Virus record (IMG/VR): IMGVR_UViG_3300050505_000049
Location: 1 to 34,789 of that record
From: a virus
Direction: 5' to 3' (one strand)
Length of the DNA stretch: 34,789 bases
Part shown: positions 7,664 to 17,762 of the stretch, piece after piece
Layout: each line of letters starts with the position of its first letter
Numbering within the stretch: position 1 is the stretch's first letter
Made by a program: the position numbers and the translations under genes
Notes under the pieces: model-generated
What the model saw: only the letters and a program-made list of their open reading frames with translations
What the model was told of the DNA's origin: nothing
Databases searched by the model: none

Positions 7664-7897
7664 ATGAGCGATTGTCATAACGAAAGATGCTGGTGTTCAA
7701 ACATTCCGAAGAAGGGTGACGAGAAAGTGTCGCCTCTCATTCGTGATTTGCGCCGCATGGATGATGACATTACCGCTTTGAAAAACAGAGTGAGTCAGTT
7801 AACGTGCGCTTTGGAATTTGTTATCAGTCAAAACGCCAAAGCGTATGACGCACTTGTAGACCACATTGACGAGATCGAAGGTTACTTATGTCGATGA
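7664..7897 (+). CDS. Hypothetical protein
   Basis: 77-aa ORF starting 2 nt after the scaffold stop. Confidence 0.55.
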   Translation: MSDCHNERCWCSNIPKKGDEKVSPLIRDLRRMDDDITALKNRVSQLTCALEFVISQNAKAYDALVDHIDEIEGYLCR

Positions 7898-8055
7898 CAG
7901 TAAAAAAGCTTATTGCCGAGCTTGAGAAGATCGAGAACAAGTTTTTAGAAGTGGAAGTGGCATTAATCGACAAGGCGACACTAGAGCCTGAGATTCGGGC
8001 AATCCAGAAATGGAGCCAAAAAATAGTGATAATCTTAGAGAGAAAGAAGCAATGA
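7888..8055 (+). CDS. 55-aa hypothetical protein (below the ORF-track cutoff)
   Basis: ATG at 7888 overlaps the end of the previous gene. The product is MSMTVKKLIAELEKIENKFLEVEVALIDKATLEPEIRAIQKWSQKIVIILERKKQ. Its TGA at 8053-8055 overlaps the next ATG at 8052 (ATGA). Confidence 0.45.
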   Translation: MSMTVKKLIAELEKIENKFLEVEVALIDKATLEPEIRAIQKWSQKIVIILERKKQ

Positions 8056-8309
8056 CAATCAACGTCCACCGCGTAAAAGACATGAAACCTCTTGAGGCCA
8101 ACATCGTTAAGGCGCTCTACGATAAGGTGAAGAACACACCGAAGGATGGGCAGTGGCGCGAGTTCAAAGGCACCGTGCGCGTCAAAGGTCGTCCATATAA
8201 CCTAACTTGCATCTTCCGATTGGATGGCATGTTTCTGAAAATCCGCAAATCCGAAGTCTCAAGCGAGAATAACAGTAAACTTTTATTGCCCAGCTATTAC
8301 AACAGTTAA
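8052..8309 (+). CDS. Hypothetical protein
   Basis: Internal ATG of the 8010-8309 ORF, chosen because of the ATGA coupling with the upstream small ORF. Confidence 0.55.
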   Translation: MTINVHRVKDMKPLEANIVKALYDKVKNTPKDGQWREFKGTVRVKGRPYNLTCIFRLDGMFLKIRKSEVSSENNSKLLLPSYYNS

Positions 8310-8429
8310 CATAAAATCTGCAAAGTCGCGTTTTAATATACCACTTTCAGGGTGCTAAAACGCCACATCGACGCCACAGCGTCAAAGTCATCCCAAAACC
8401 ATATTTCGCACACCATTCTTGGACAGCAC

Positions 8430-8457
8430 TTGCAACGGGCAAATTTAGAGCTATACT
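8430..8457 (+). promoter_or_regulatory. Candidate promoter for the major capsid transcript
   Basis: TTGCAA (8430-8435), 16-nt spacer, TATACT (8452-8457). It lies in a 304-nt non-coding gap about 150 nt upstream of the capsid ATG. Confidence 0.5.
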
Positions 8458-8613
8458 AGGGGTATCTTCAAAGAAGCCCCACAAGGACACCTTCGAGAAG
8501 ATCAAGAACATTACCCGCCCCGTCATGGGATACCTGGTAGATGGTCAATGAATAGGTTCAAGCCGAACAGGTTTTGAACTCTTGTTGAACATATCTATTA
8601 GGGGAAGGAACCC

Positions 8614-9498
8614 ATGACAGATCAAATTAATTTAGCAACTGCCATGCAGTTGTTTGATACCGAAGTAACCCTCAAGTATCAAAACCATTTACGCCTTGAA
8701 GATACCATTGACGAACGTCATGGTACGACTGGTACGACTTTAAACGTGCCCGTTTCTGACTTGATTGAAATGCAAGAAGGCAACTTTGCCCCTACTGACA
8801 TTCCAGTCACCCCAGTAAACGAAACAAACGTTCAAGTCCAAACCAACGACTATCACTTGAAAACAGTGATCGGCGGCGGCGAAAAGACTCTTTACAACTT
8901 CGACAAGATCGTTGACCACGCGAAGCTTCACGCTTTAGCGGGCGCACGTCTTGACGATTACATCAAGATCAATGCTATTTACTCCAACGCTGGCGTGGGC
9001 ACCATCTATACGGTTCCTGTGACTGTTGGTGTGAACACTGGTATCAACGAAGGCAAGATGGCTGATGCGCTGTCCTACCTCGAAAGCCAGGGCGTTGATG
9101 TCATGGACTACTCAGTTTCAATGTGGGCACCTGCTCTCTTGAAAAAGTCCATGTACAACGATGACAAGATCGTTAACTTCTTCTACGTTGACCACAAACC
9201 TTTGACCGACAACCGCATTCAAACTTATTTGGATGTTGACTGCCGCTTCTTAGGCTCCAACGGTATCAACCAAATCCCATTCAGCGCGATTGGTGGTGGT
9301 GTAAACCAATACCTCGTGCCAATGGTACACAAGGACGCCATCGTTCAAAGCTACAACCGTGATCTGCAAACCTCGATCACCTGGTTGCAGAACCAAGACA
9401 GATGGGAATTGCTGACCATTTTAACTTCTGGCGCACAAGTCATTCAGTTAAATGGTATTGCGTTCATGACCGCCAACAACCCATTTGTTGCTAACTAA
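8614..9498 (+). CDS. Major capsid protein
   Basis: 294-aa ORF with a strong RBS (GGGGAAGGAA), its own promoter and a downstream terminator. It sits after the portal and scaffold and before the tail tubular genes. Confidence 0.7.
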   Translation: MTDQINLATAMQLFDTEVTLKYQNHLRLEDTIDERHGTTGTTLNVPVSDLIEMQEGNFAPTDIPVTPVNETNVQVQTNDYHLKTVIGGGEKTLYNFDKIVDHAKLHALAGARLDDYIKINAIYSNAGVGTIYTVPVTVGVNTGINEGKMADALSYLESQGVDVMDYSVSMWAPALLKKSMYNDDKIVNFFYVDHKPLTDNRIQTYLDVDCRFLGSNGINQIPFSAIGGGVNQYLVPMVHKDAIVQSYNRDLQTSITWLQNQDRWELLTILTSGAQVIQLNGIAFMTANNPFVAN

Positions 9499-9515
9499 TC
9501 ACGGAGGATTACGCA

Positions 9516-10358
9516 ATGAGTAATTTCGGAACTTTAAGCCAAGTGTCAGGTGGATATCCTGGCACAGCGCCTCAAATTTGGTCGGCTTCAACGCCTGATA
9601 ATTTGGGTGCGATTACAACGGCAGGTTATTTGAATGACCTTGGTGACAAGGTTAAACAAAATGACGTGTTTTATATTAACTACTCCGACACCTCCGTTCA
9701 GCCTTTAGGCGGTGGTACAGGTGGCGAAGCTGCAACCTTGGGCGAGTTCTACGTTAACGTATCTGGCGGTGACGTCAGCTTGGTTAACGCATTAACCGCA
9801 TTAGGTCAAGCGGCTGCAAAGGACGTAACAGACAACACCAAGGCATTGGTGGCTTCTGTTAGCGGTGCCTTCGTAGTAGGTAACTTGGTACAGGCGCTTG
9901 ATACGTCTGGCACCATTGTCGATTCTGGAATCAGCGTGGCTAACAGCGTATTGCAATATGCAAGCGTTGCGATCACCGCCGCTGAGTTCAACGGCATGTA
10001 TGCAGCACCTAAACTATTAATCGCGGCACCTGGCGCTAATAGACAAATCATCATCGACCAAATGGTATTGGTCATGACATTTGTTTCAGCACAGTACGCG
10101 GCTGGTGGTGTGGTTGCAGCTCAGTACGACAACACCGTTCACGGTGGCGGCGTATTGGCTTCCGCTTCGGAAGCTGCGGCTGACTTCACGGGTGCAGCAG
10201 CAAGTACAACTTTCCGATTCTTCGGAAGTGTTGCAGTTGCTCCGTTCACAACGACTGTGAACAAGGGCATCTACTTAAGCAATGCAACGGCAGCGTTTAC
10301 CACTGGTGATAGCACATTCGTTGCTAAAATCTGGTATCACACCATTGCAACTGCGTAA
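9516..10358 (+). CDS. Ala/Gly-rich fibre-like virion protein (head fibre or decoration candidate)
   Basis: 280-aa ORF with GGAGG upstream, co-transcribed with the capsid gene and before the terminator. Residues 96-138 share the ...VASVSGA...DTSGTxxDxG module with the tail fibre at 23839. Confidence 0.65.
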   Translation: MSNFGTLSQVSGGYPGTAPQIWSASTPDNLGAITTAGYLNDLGDKVKQNDVFYINYSDTSVQPLGGGTGGEAATLGEFYVNVSGGDVSLVNALTALGQAAAKDVTDNTKALVASVSGAFVVGNLVQALDTSGTIVDSGISVANSVLQYASVAITAAEFNGMYAAPKLLIAAPGANRQIIIDQMVLVMTFVSAQYAAGGVVAAQYDNTVHGGGVLASASEAAADFTGAAASTTFRFFGSVAVAPFTTTVNKGIYLSNATAAFTTGDSTFVAKIWYHTIATA

Positions 10359-10425
10359 GCCATTCCGCTACAGGGCACAGGGATGTTAAACGGACGTTTC
10401 GCCTTGGTGGATATATAAACGGATG

Positions 10426-10455
10426 GGGTTCACAGGATCGTGAACCCTTAATCTT
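10426..10455 (+). terminator. Hairpin terminator or attenuator after the capsid pair
   Basis: GGGTTCAC (10426-10433) pairs with GTGAACCC (10440-10447) around a 6-nt loop, followed by TTAATCTT. Confidence 0.45.
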
Positions 10456-10471
10456 ATAAGGGAGCCGAATA

Positions 10472-11047
10472 ATGTCATTGCCTGTTGCTAAAATTGACGT
10501 GGTTAACCAAGCACTTTTAGAAATAGGTCGCTTACCAGTAATTCAAATCAGCGATAGTGCTGACGCTCAACTGATAAGTGCAAAGATAGATATTCTCTTG
10601 CCATTACTTTTACTCTCTGCCGAATGGAACTTTGCTGTAAGGTTTGTTTCAGACAACACGCCATTGACAGTGCCGTTCAGTCCAGACTTCACATACACCT
10701 ATCAATTGCCTTTTGACTTTGGGCGATTCTTTAAGTTTGGCACGAACACATTTCCACTCTATTACGAATTTGCAGACGGCTTGCTACTCACCAATATCAA
10801 GCCTATTCAATATTATTACATCGTGAACAACGTGGATTACGCCGCGTTCACGACCATGTTTTATCGCGCGCTCGCAGTGTATGCCGCAGCCGATACCGCA
10901 ATGGTGTTAACTCAAAATGCAGCGCTCACAAAATATATTCTCGACAAATACAAAGAGGAAAAGTCGAACGCTATCTTATTGAATGACCAGGAACGTTATA
11001 TCGGCTCAACGCCATACAATGATTTTGACCGACAAACTTATATCTAG
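10472..11047 (+). CDS. Tail tubular protein A-like (adaptor/gatekeeper)
   Basis: The 191-aa length compares with 196 aa for T7 gp11. It lies immediately upstream of a 669-aa gene and after the capsid gene. The N-terminal VNQALLEIG motif resembles tubular protein A N-termini from memory. Confidence 0.55.
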   Translation: MSLPVAKIDVVNQALLEIGRLPVIQISDSADAQLISAKIDILLPLLLLSAEWNFAVRFVSDNTPLTVPFSPDFTYTYQLPFDFGRFFKFGTNTFPLYYEFADGLLLTNIKPIQYYYIVNNVDYAAFTTMFYRALAVYAAADTAMVLTQNAALTKYILDKYKEEKSNAILLNDQERYIGSTPYNDFDRQTYI

Positions 11048-11058
11048 GATGGGTATAA

Positions 11059-13068
11059 ATGGCTACTGAAATCATTCGGCAATCAATGTTCACCGCTGGC
11101 GAAGTAGACTTCGTTAACTGGAAGCGAACAGATTTTCCAGACTATCTCAGCGCAGCTCAATCATTATTAAATGGTGAAGTTGCGACGACTGGTCTTGTGA
11201 AGAAACGCAAAGGCACAAAGTTTTTAATTGATGTCTCGTCATACGTTACTGATAACTCGCAGATGTATGAGTTTGTAGATAAGAACGGGCAATATTACAT
11301 ATTGGTATCGGATGATCTTGCGTTTCACTTGTTTACCGTTAACGCCGTAACAGGTGTCGTTGCCTTTTACCAAACTGTAAGTGGCACACCTTACTCTGGC
11401 ACACAGTTGCCCTTGCTTGATTACGCGAACGACAACGACGTTATAATCTTTACTCATCCTGACTTCCCACCTGCTAGAATTTATGTCAGTAGCTATTCAC
11501 CATCCGCGACATTTGCTTATCAAGTGCTACCTATCTATCCAGCACCCGCATTTGATTTTGGTAATATTGATTATAGCAATTTCACGGTTAATGCGTCACA
11601 GGCTGGAAGTGTGCTAACGTTTCAATTCACAGGGCTGGGTTCCGACCCAGGATTTAATAATGATTGGATAGGTGGGCAGATTATCGGTGCGGGGGCAACG
11701 GTAAACGACCCAGTTGGTTATGCAATCATTACGGCTGTCTCTTATTCGGCTGGAACCACGACTTTCACTGCCACTGTCTCCGTTGACTTTCAATCGCCTG
11801 GCGCGACTGTTGGTAACCAATATTCCGTTCGGCAGCCCGCATTTAGCGCGGCTCTCGGTTACCCTTTAGCTGTGCTTTTCTACCAAAACCGTCTCTGGTT
11901 CGCAAACACAAAGACGCTGAATAATACCGTGTTCGGCTCAAGAATCAATGCTCCAATTAACTTTGATGTGGGCACAGGGCGAGATACTGACGCGATTATA
12001 TACACAATTGGTCAAACCCAGTCAGGCGGCATCTTTTGGATGAATGGCGGTAAGCAATTAGAAATCTATTGTCAGAATTTTGAATTTGCAGCGCCACAGC
12101 AAGAGAACATAGGGTTAACCCCAAGTACCTTTAGCATTAGGCAGCAATCCGCTTATGGTGCATCCTTCTTTCTGAAACCGATTACCTATATCAACGATAG
12201 CTATTACGTATCGAAAACAGGTCAAGCCATTATTAACTTTCACTTTAATGGCATCGGGCAGACCTATACTTCAAGTAATATCTCAATCCCATCACAGCAT
12301 TTGGTTAAGAACCCCATTAACCGTGCGTTACTCCGTGGAACAGATGTTTCACAGGATAACTTGGTGTACTTTTTGAACCCCGACAATACCGTCACATGCT
12401 TCCAGTTCGCGGCAGAGTATAAGTTGGCAGCTTTAACGCCAATCACATTCTCTACCGCGCTTAATCCTGTAAACGTCGTGGATGTGGCATCAATTAACAA
12501 TGAGATTTATTTCTTAAAAAAATATCCGCTGACGAACATTTATACTTTTGAAAAGTTTATTCCCGATCAAAAGATTGATGGCTACATCACATCGACTATG
12601 GCAAGCAATGGTATTGTGACAGGTCTTAGCCAATTCGACGGTTATAATGTTCAAGTTGTATTCAACAATCAAGATTTCGGAATATATTTAGTACATAATG
12701 GGCAAATTACCGTCACCAATCCGAATGCTTTTAGCGGCACCGTTCAGGTCGGTTTGCTTTACCTATTTGATGTTGAGCCGATGTATATATTTGCTGGCGC
12801 GCAAGCTGCGACTTATACCAAAGCAATCTCAAAGATTTACGTTGATTATTTCAATAGTCTGAATTTTTACATCAATGGTACACTTGTAAATTATCAGAAC
12901 TTTGCGGACATACAGGCGGGATTGCCTCTACAGCCGCAGAGTGGTACGGCTGAAATTCGGCCTGTTGACGGGTGGAATATGTTTAAGTCATTCCGCATTA
13001 CGCAAAACTCCCCCTTCGATTGCCAAATCCTCAGTATTACGTATCAAGTCGGCGCGGCAAATATTTAA
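11059..13068 (+). CDS. Tail tubular protein B-like (nozzle)
   Basis: 669 aa, in the T7 gp12 position. Assignment rests on synteny and size only. Confidence 0.55.
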   Translation: MATEIIRQSMFTAGEVDFVNWKRTDFPDYLSAAQSLLNGEVATTGLVKKRKGTKFLIDVSSYVTDNSQMYEFVDKNGQYYILVSDDLAFHLFTVNAVTGVVAFYQTVSGTPYSGTQLPLLDYANDNDVIIFTHPDFPPARIYVSSYSPSATFAYQVLPIYPAPAFDFGNIDYSNFTVNASQAGSVLTFQFTGLGSDPGFNNDWIGGQIIGAGATVNDPVGYAIITAVSYSAGTTTFTATVSVDFQSPGATVGNQYSVRQPAFSAALGYPLAVLFYQNRLWFANTKTLNNTVFGSRINAPINFDVGTGRDTDAIIYTIGQTQSGGIFWMNGGKQLEIYCQNFEFAAPQQENIGLTPSTFSIRQQSAYGASFFLKPITYINDSYYVSKTGQAIINFHFNGIGQTYTSSNISIPSQHLVKNPINRALLRGTDVSQDNLVYFLNPDNTVTCFQFAAEYKLAALTPITFSTALNPVNVVDVASINNEIYFLKKYPLTNIYTFEKFIPDQKIDGYITSTMASNGIVTGLSQFDGYNVQVVFNNQDFGIYLVHNGQITVTNPNAFSGTVQVGLLYLFDVEPMYIFAGAQAATYTKAISKIYVDYFNSLNFYINGTLVNYQNFADIQAGLPLQPQSGTAEIRPVDGWNMFKSFRITQNSPFDCQILSITYQVGAANI

Positions 13069-13079
13069 GGAGGAAGTTT

Positions 13080-13520
13080 ATGGCTGACCCTGTTACCGCT
13101 TTGGTTGTTGTCGCCGCTGGCGCTACAGTCGGCAAAGCTGTCATGCAATATGAAAGCGCACAAGACAAAGAACGCGCTCTCGATCTTCAATCACAAGAAA
13201 ACATGCTTTCCTATCAGGAAAAGAGCCTGTCGAATCTTGATGCCACCCAAAAGATTTTGGATAGACAAATTGCGCAATCTACTGTGCGCGGTATTGCTGC
13301 GGATAAATCCCCAAGCTTTAATGCTATTCAACGCGAAACATTAAATATCTCGGCCAAGACTGGGAAAAATCTTGAGTTAGGGAAAACCCTATCTGATGAA
13401 AATATTGATATCGAAAAGTCGAATGTCAAAAATACTTTGTACGCGCAACTGTTTGGTGACGTTGGTGACGCAGCTATGTCATTTGCGAAGCTCCAAGGCG
13501 GCGCTGCATCAACACAATAG
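13080..13520 (+). CDS. Internal virion / ejection protein (small)
   Basis: ATG at 13080 lies 4 nt after AAGGAGGAAG. The product has a hydrophobic N-terminus (PVTALVVVAAGATVG) and occupies the T7 gp13/14 position. Confidence 0.55.
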   Translation: MADPVTALVVVAAGATVGKAVMQYESAQDKERALDLQSQENMLSYQEKSLSNLDATQKILDRQIAQSTVRGIAADKSPSFNAIQRETLNISAKTGKNLELGKTLSDENIDIEKSNVKNTLYAQLFGDVGDAAMSFAKLQGGAASTQ

Positions 13521-13530
13521 GATGTGATTA

Positions 13531-15702
13531 ATGGCTGATGAATTTGCGCAATTAAATGAAGCAACGCCATTTCAACCTGTCACGCCAAATGATAAGTCGG
13601 CGGGATATGATGCGTTGTCCGAAGCATTTGGCAAGATCGCCAAAGGTGCTGAAACTCAAGTCGAGACCATGCAAAAGGAAAAAAGTACCGATCAATTAAT
13701 GTCGGCTAATTCCATGCTGGGGCAAGTCTCAACGCAAGCAAAACTTCAAATGATGCAAGACTCCACACCTGAAAACGTGGCGAATGTTATGAAGAATTGG
13801 CAGACGACTGCCGACTCTTTGAAAACATCTACTGCATTAAATCGTGAAGATAAACTCAAACTTAATCAGTTAATTGATACGCAATCAAATGCACTTCTTT
13901 TACATGGCGCAACGGTTTCAACTGCGAACATTAAAACACAAAAGAAGATGACTTATTTTGATGAACTCTCAGGTAATTTGGATAACCTGAAAAACTTAAT
14001 GCAAACGGGCAAATACGAGGAAGCCGAAGCACTCGGTCAATCCATGTATCAAAACGCTCGTAACATGCACGACATGGGTGTATTGACTGGCTCTCAATTT
14101 ATCGCACAGCAAAAAGCAATCGGTACTTTGCTCGATCACGCCAAAGCATTACACGGTGCCATATCACATAACGCTGATTTGACTGCGAAAGATTATCATG
14201 ATTTACACTCATGGCCTTTCAGTACAAATGGCGGTGATGCGACTACGCTTTCACAAAAGCCAGCCGATGAAAATACATCACACATGATTCAAATGCACCT
14301 TGATGACCAAAGTTTTCGAGGGCAGACAGCGGCAGCCGTAAAATATGGAACGACTGACCCCGAAGCATTAATGAATTTACCATCACACCAACAGCTTGCA
14401 GTTATCTCAACAGCGCAAGGCGCACAAGACGCTCAAAATTATATGAAGGCAAACACGAGTTGGCCGCAATTCGTGGCTGAATATAATCGCTTGAAAGCAC
14501 AACCTAGTGATAGCCTTAATTCGTATGAGAAAGGTAAGCTCGATCACATGAATTATATTATCGAGAATTTGAATCATGGCAACTACGTACAAATTGTTGG
14601 AGACACAGTTAAGGGTGCGCAAAACAATCAACAATTTCAAGTTAATGCCAGCGCGATTAATGATGGTGGAGTATATAATCCTAACAACCCCGTCGATGCA
14701 GCTAAACAAGAAGCAGCGAATGTTAAAAATCTTAATGATTATGTTTCGGGTAATGTGGCAATTGGTGTAGCGTCACACTATCCAAACGAATGGATTAAAC
14801 CATTTCATCCGCAATTTATAAAACCAATCACAGATTCATTTGTCGCAGGTGCAGACCCTACAAATGCAATTAAAGCAATGACGGTGACAACACCTGCAAA
14901 CAAAGCTTATCTTGTTAACTCAATGCCGAACCTGCAACAACAGGAAGTCATGCGTATTGTGTCACTTGCCGGTAACAATACACCACCAGGATTTTTAAAA
15001 GATTGGATTGTTGCAAATCAAAAAGGCCAAGACTATTCACCGTTGAAAGTTGATGGTTTGAAAGATGCAAAGCTTCGCGCATCAATTGAATCAAACCTTG
15101 GTGATGTCTTGCAATATATGTATCGCAATGGCAACGCTACAACGATGGTCGGTCAACAAATTAATAATCCTGGTGGCGACCCAATATTACAAAGCGGACA
15201 AGCACGTCAAGCAGGTTTTATCGAAGCTTCAATGAACTACATTAAAAAGAAAGCGATTGAGAATCAAGATTACGCTATGTCAAATGCTGATACGTATGTA
15301 AGTGACCTTAAGCGAAACATTGGCACGACACATGATTTGGTAACAGGTTGGAATTATCAATTCAATAATAAAAACTTGGATATGAAATTAACGAAGGAAG
15401 AAGCTGATGCTGTTGCACAATCTGCAATGACTCACGCACTTGATCGTGTTAAACAAAATCATACCGAGGCTGAGTATCAATCAGCACTTGATTCAAACCC
15501 ATTATTTATGACGATTGACCAATACAATAATATTGTTGTGACTGATACCAAATCAAAATCGGTTATCTATCACATGCCGTTTAACGCAAGCTTTGTTCAT
15601 GCTGCCGTCGAAGAACGCAAACGCATGAAGATCAAATCACCCGAACAAGAAGAAGCTGAGTTGAAAACTTATATGGATATGATGACAAGGACGCCTTACT
15701 AA
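13531..15702 (+). CDS. Internal virion / ejection protein (large)
   Basis: 723 aa, in the gp15-like position. Confidence 0.55.
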   Translation: MADEFAQLNEATPFQPVTPNDKSAGYDALSEAFGKIAKGAETQVETMQKEKSTDQLMSANSMLGQVSTQAKLQMMQDSTPENVANVMKNWQTTADSLKTSTALNREDKLKLNQLIDTQSNALLLHGATVSTANIKTQKKMTYFDELSGNLDNLKNLMQTGKYEEAEALGQSMYQNARNMHDMGVLTGSQFIAQQKAIGTLLDHAKALHGAISHNADLTAKDYHDLHSWPFSTNGGDATTLSQKPADENTSHMIQMHLDDQSFRGQTAAAVKYGTTDPEALMNLPSHQQLAVISTAQGAQDAQNYMKANTSWPQFVAEYNRLKAQPSDSLNSYEKGKLDHMNYIIENLNHGNYVQIVGDTVKGAQNNQQFQVNASAINDGGVYNPNNPVDAAKQEAANVKNLNDYVSGNVAIGVASHYPNEWIKPFHPQFIKPITDSFVAGADPTNAIKAMTVTTPANKAYLVNSMPNLQQQEVMRIVSLAGNNTPPGFLKDWIVANQKGQDYSPLKVDGLKDAKLRASIESNLGDVLQYMYRNGNATTMVGQQINNPGGDPILQSGQARQAGFIEASMNYIKKKAIENQDYAMSNADTYVSDLKRNIGTTHDLVTGWNYQFNNKNLDMKLTKEEADAVAQSAMTHALDRVKQNHTEAEYQSALDSNPLFMTIDQYNNIVVTDTKSKSVIYHMPFNASFVHAAVEERKRMKIKSPEQEEAELKTYMDMMTRTPY

Positions 15703-17762
15703 TGGCTAATCCTAGAATTGATGAAGGCGCACCGCCAATAGCACCACCTCCACTTGATGCCTCCCAACCACAAGTGCCAAAGCCTGTGCCGCCCAGGACT
15801 GACCCCGATGCCGTACCGCAATCGTTGTCCGTGCTGTCGCCTATCAATCAGTATTATCAAGGCTCACGTTTAAACGTGCCTTCGCTCTCAACCTCCATAT
15901 TCACTCGTGGTGGCATTGGATTTATGAAGCCTTTCGTTGGTATCTCTGCCGCGTTAGGACAGATTAAACCTGACGAGGCGCAAGCGTGGCAGCTTATGAA
16001 AGATGTGGTTGACCTTGATAACTCGTCACCACTTCAAAGCCCATTGCAGCGCGGAGCGGGGGAAGCGGCTGATTTCACAGGCTCGATTTTAAATCCTATC
16101 TCATTGCTGACGGCTGAGGCTGGCGGTGCCATTGTTGCGGGTGGCTCAAGGTTGCTACCTTCAATCGTTCCGAAAGCCCTAACCAAGATAGGGGAAACCC
16201 CAGTCAGTAAGATATTAGGTGAGAACGCAGAGCGCTATATCCCAAAGATTGCGGAAGGCGACACTAAACGAATTGCAACGCTTGCCGATATTGGCGCGCG
16301 TAAGATGAAAGCCTTTGGCATTGGAGCGGGCGTATCGCTTCCCACGGAGCTTGAATCAAACTTTGATACCAAGAACAATACCATCAATTATCGTGGCGCT
16401 GTGGCTGGTACAGCTCAAGGAGGCGGTATTGCAGTCGGCCTTGACACAATCCCTTACCTTTGGGGCGTCTTTCGTGGCAAGTTTAAAGCGGCTACAGGAC
16501 AGGCCATTGAGGAAGTTGCACCCGCGGCTTTAGATGAAACGCTCGACCATCTTCAAAAGTCAGGCGCGCTCACCGAAGCTGAGGTCAACTGGTACAAAGA
16601 ATATCGTGCTAACCCTCACGAGCCATCCGAAGATTTTGTCTCTCGATCTTCTAAAATGCTGCTTGATGACGGCCACAATGTCGATACCGCTCGCGGTAAA
16701 GTAATGCACGATATTCTGACGCCAAGTGATATGAAAAACCTGAACATTGGTGTTTCAGATCAAATTGCCGCAAGCCTTGCTAATGATGGGAATGCCTTCA
16801 CGGATTTTGTGTGGGGTTCAAAGCTTGACGAGATGCGTGCAAACCCTACCTCACTTGATGGGATTGAAGGCGTACTATCATCTTTGAATGAGAAACTTGC
16901 AGCTCAACCAGGCGCACTTGCAGCAATTGATAGCTTTGTTGAGAAGTACGGCACCCGTAACTGGCGCAGACTCAGACCATTCTCACAAGAGAACCTTTAC
17001 AAGAAAATGGTTGAGAAGGGTTTGACCTCGGAAGAAATGCCCGTGGTCGTGCCCGAAGCTGTTTCCAAACGCATAGCAATGGAAAAGCGTATCGAATCTT
17101 TAGAAGCGGCTAACAAAAATTACGAGACGCAAAAAGCTGCGGCCACAAATATTCCCGTACAGAAACGTTATGCCAAATATATTGAGCGTAACGAAAAGAA
17201 AATTGCTGACCTTCATGTCAAAAAGCCTGAGATTCTAAGCCCGAAAGACGAGCTTAAATCACTACATGATTCAATGGTTAAGGATGGCAAGCTAGTCGAT
17301 AACTTTAAGCATACCCGTGATTATCATCGCCTTGTTGATCTTGCGAAAGTTGAGACAGGTGCGCGCTCGATGCTCTATCGTATTAACTCAATTGCGCAAT
17401 ATGAAAAGCAAGCCGCTTATAGAGACATGCTGCAATTTTTCTCGAACGTTATGCAGACCAATTTTGACAAGCTGGCTGACTCAAAAAAGATTTTGGACTA
17501 CATGAAAAATCGTATCGAAGATAAATTACCAAAAGAAATTAAAGATCAAGTAAGACTTGAAGATGTCCAGAAAGCCGTCAAGGATGTACCTGACGATTAC
17601 GAAAAAGTGCTTGACGATACTCGTGACGCGCTGCGTGAGAATGCACCCAAAGAGTTAGCGGCAGAGTACGAGGAAGCAGCGGCGAAAGTGAAAGAGTTTA
17701 CGAAGTCTGAAAACATATTTAAAAATTTAATCTCGTGTGTAATGGGGTCACTCAATGGCTAA
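15702..17762 (+). CDS. Internal virion / ejection protein (large), Pro-rich N-terminus
   Basis: 686 aa, coupled to the previous gene by TAATG. The N-terminus is PPIAPPPLDASQPQVPKPVPP. Confidence 0.55.
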   Translation: MANPRIDEGAPPIAPPPLDASQPQVPKPVPPRTDPDAVPQSLSVLSPINQYYQGSRLNVPSLSTSIFTRGGIGFMKPFVGISAALGQIKPDEAQAWQLMKDVVDLDNSSPLQSPLQRGAGEAADFTGSILNPISLLTAEAGGAIVAGGSRLLPSIVPKALTKIGETPVSKILGENAERYIPKIAEGDTKRIATLADIGARKMKAFGIGAGVSLPTELESNFDTKNNTINYRGAVAGTAQGGGIAVGLDTIPYLWGVFRGKFKAATGQAIEEVAPAALDETLDHLQKSGALTEAEVNWYKEYRANPHEPSEDFVSRSSKMLLDDGHNVDTARGKVMHDILTPSDMKNLNIGVSDQIAASLANDGNAFTDFVWGSKLDEMRANPTSLDGIEGVLSSLNEKLAAQPGALAAIDSFVEKYGTRNWRRLRPFSQENLYKKMVEKGLTSEEMPVVVPEAVSKRIAMEKRIESLEAANKNYETQKAAATNIPVQKRYAKYIERNEKKIADLHVKKPEILSPKDELKSLHDSMVKDGKLVDNFKHTRDYHRLVDLAKVETGARSMLYRINSIAQYEKQAAYRDMLQFFSNVMQTNFDKLADSKKILDYMKNRIEDKLPKEIKDQVRLEDVQKAVKDVPDDYEKVLDDTRDALRENAPKELAAEYEEAAAKVKEFTKSENIFKNLISCVMGSLNG

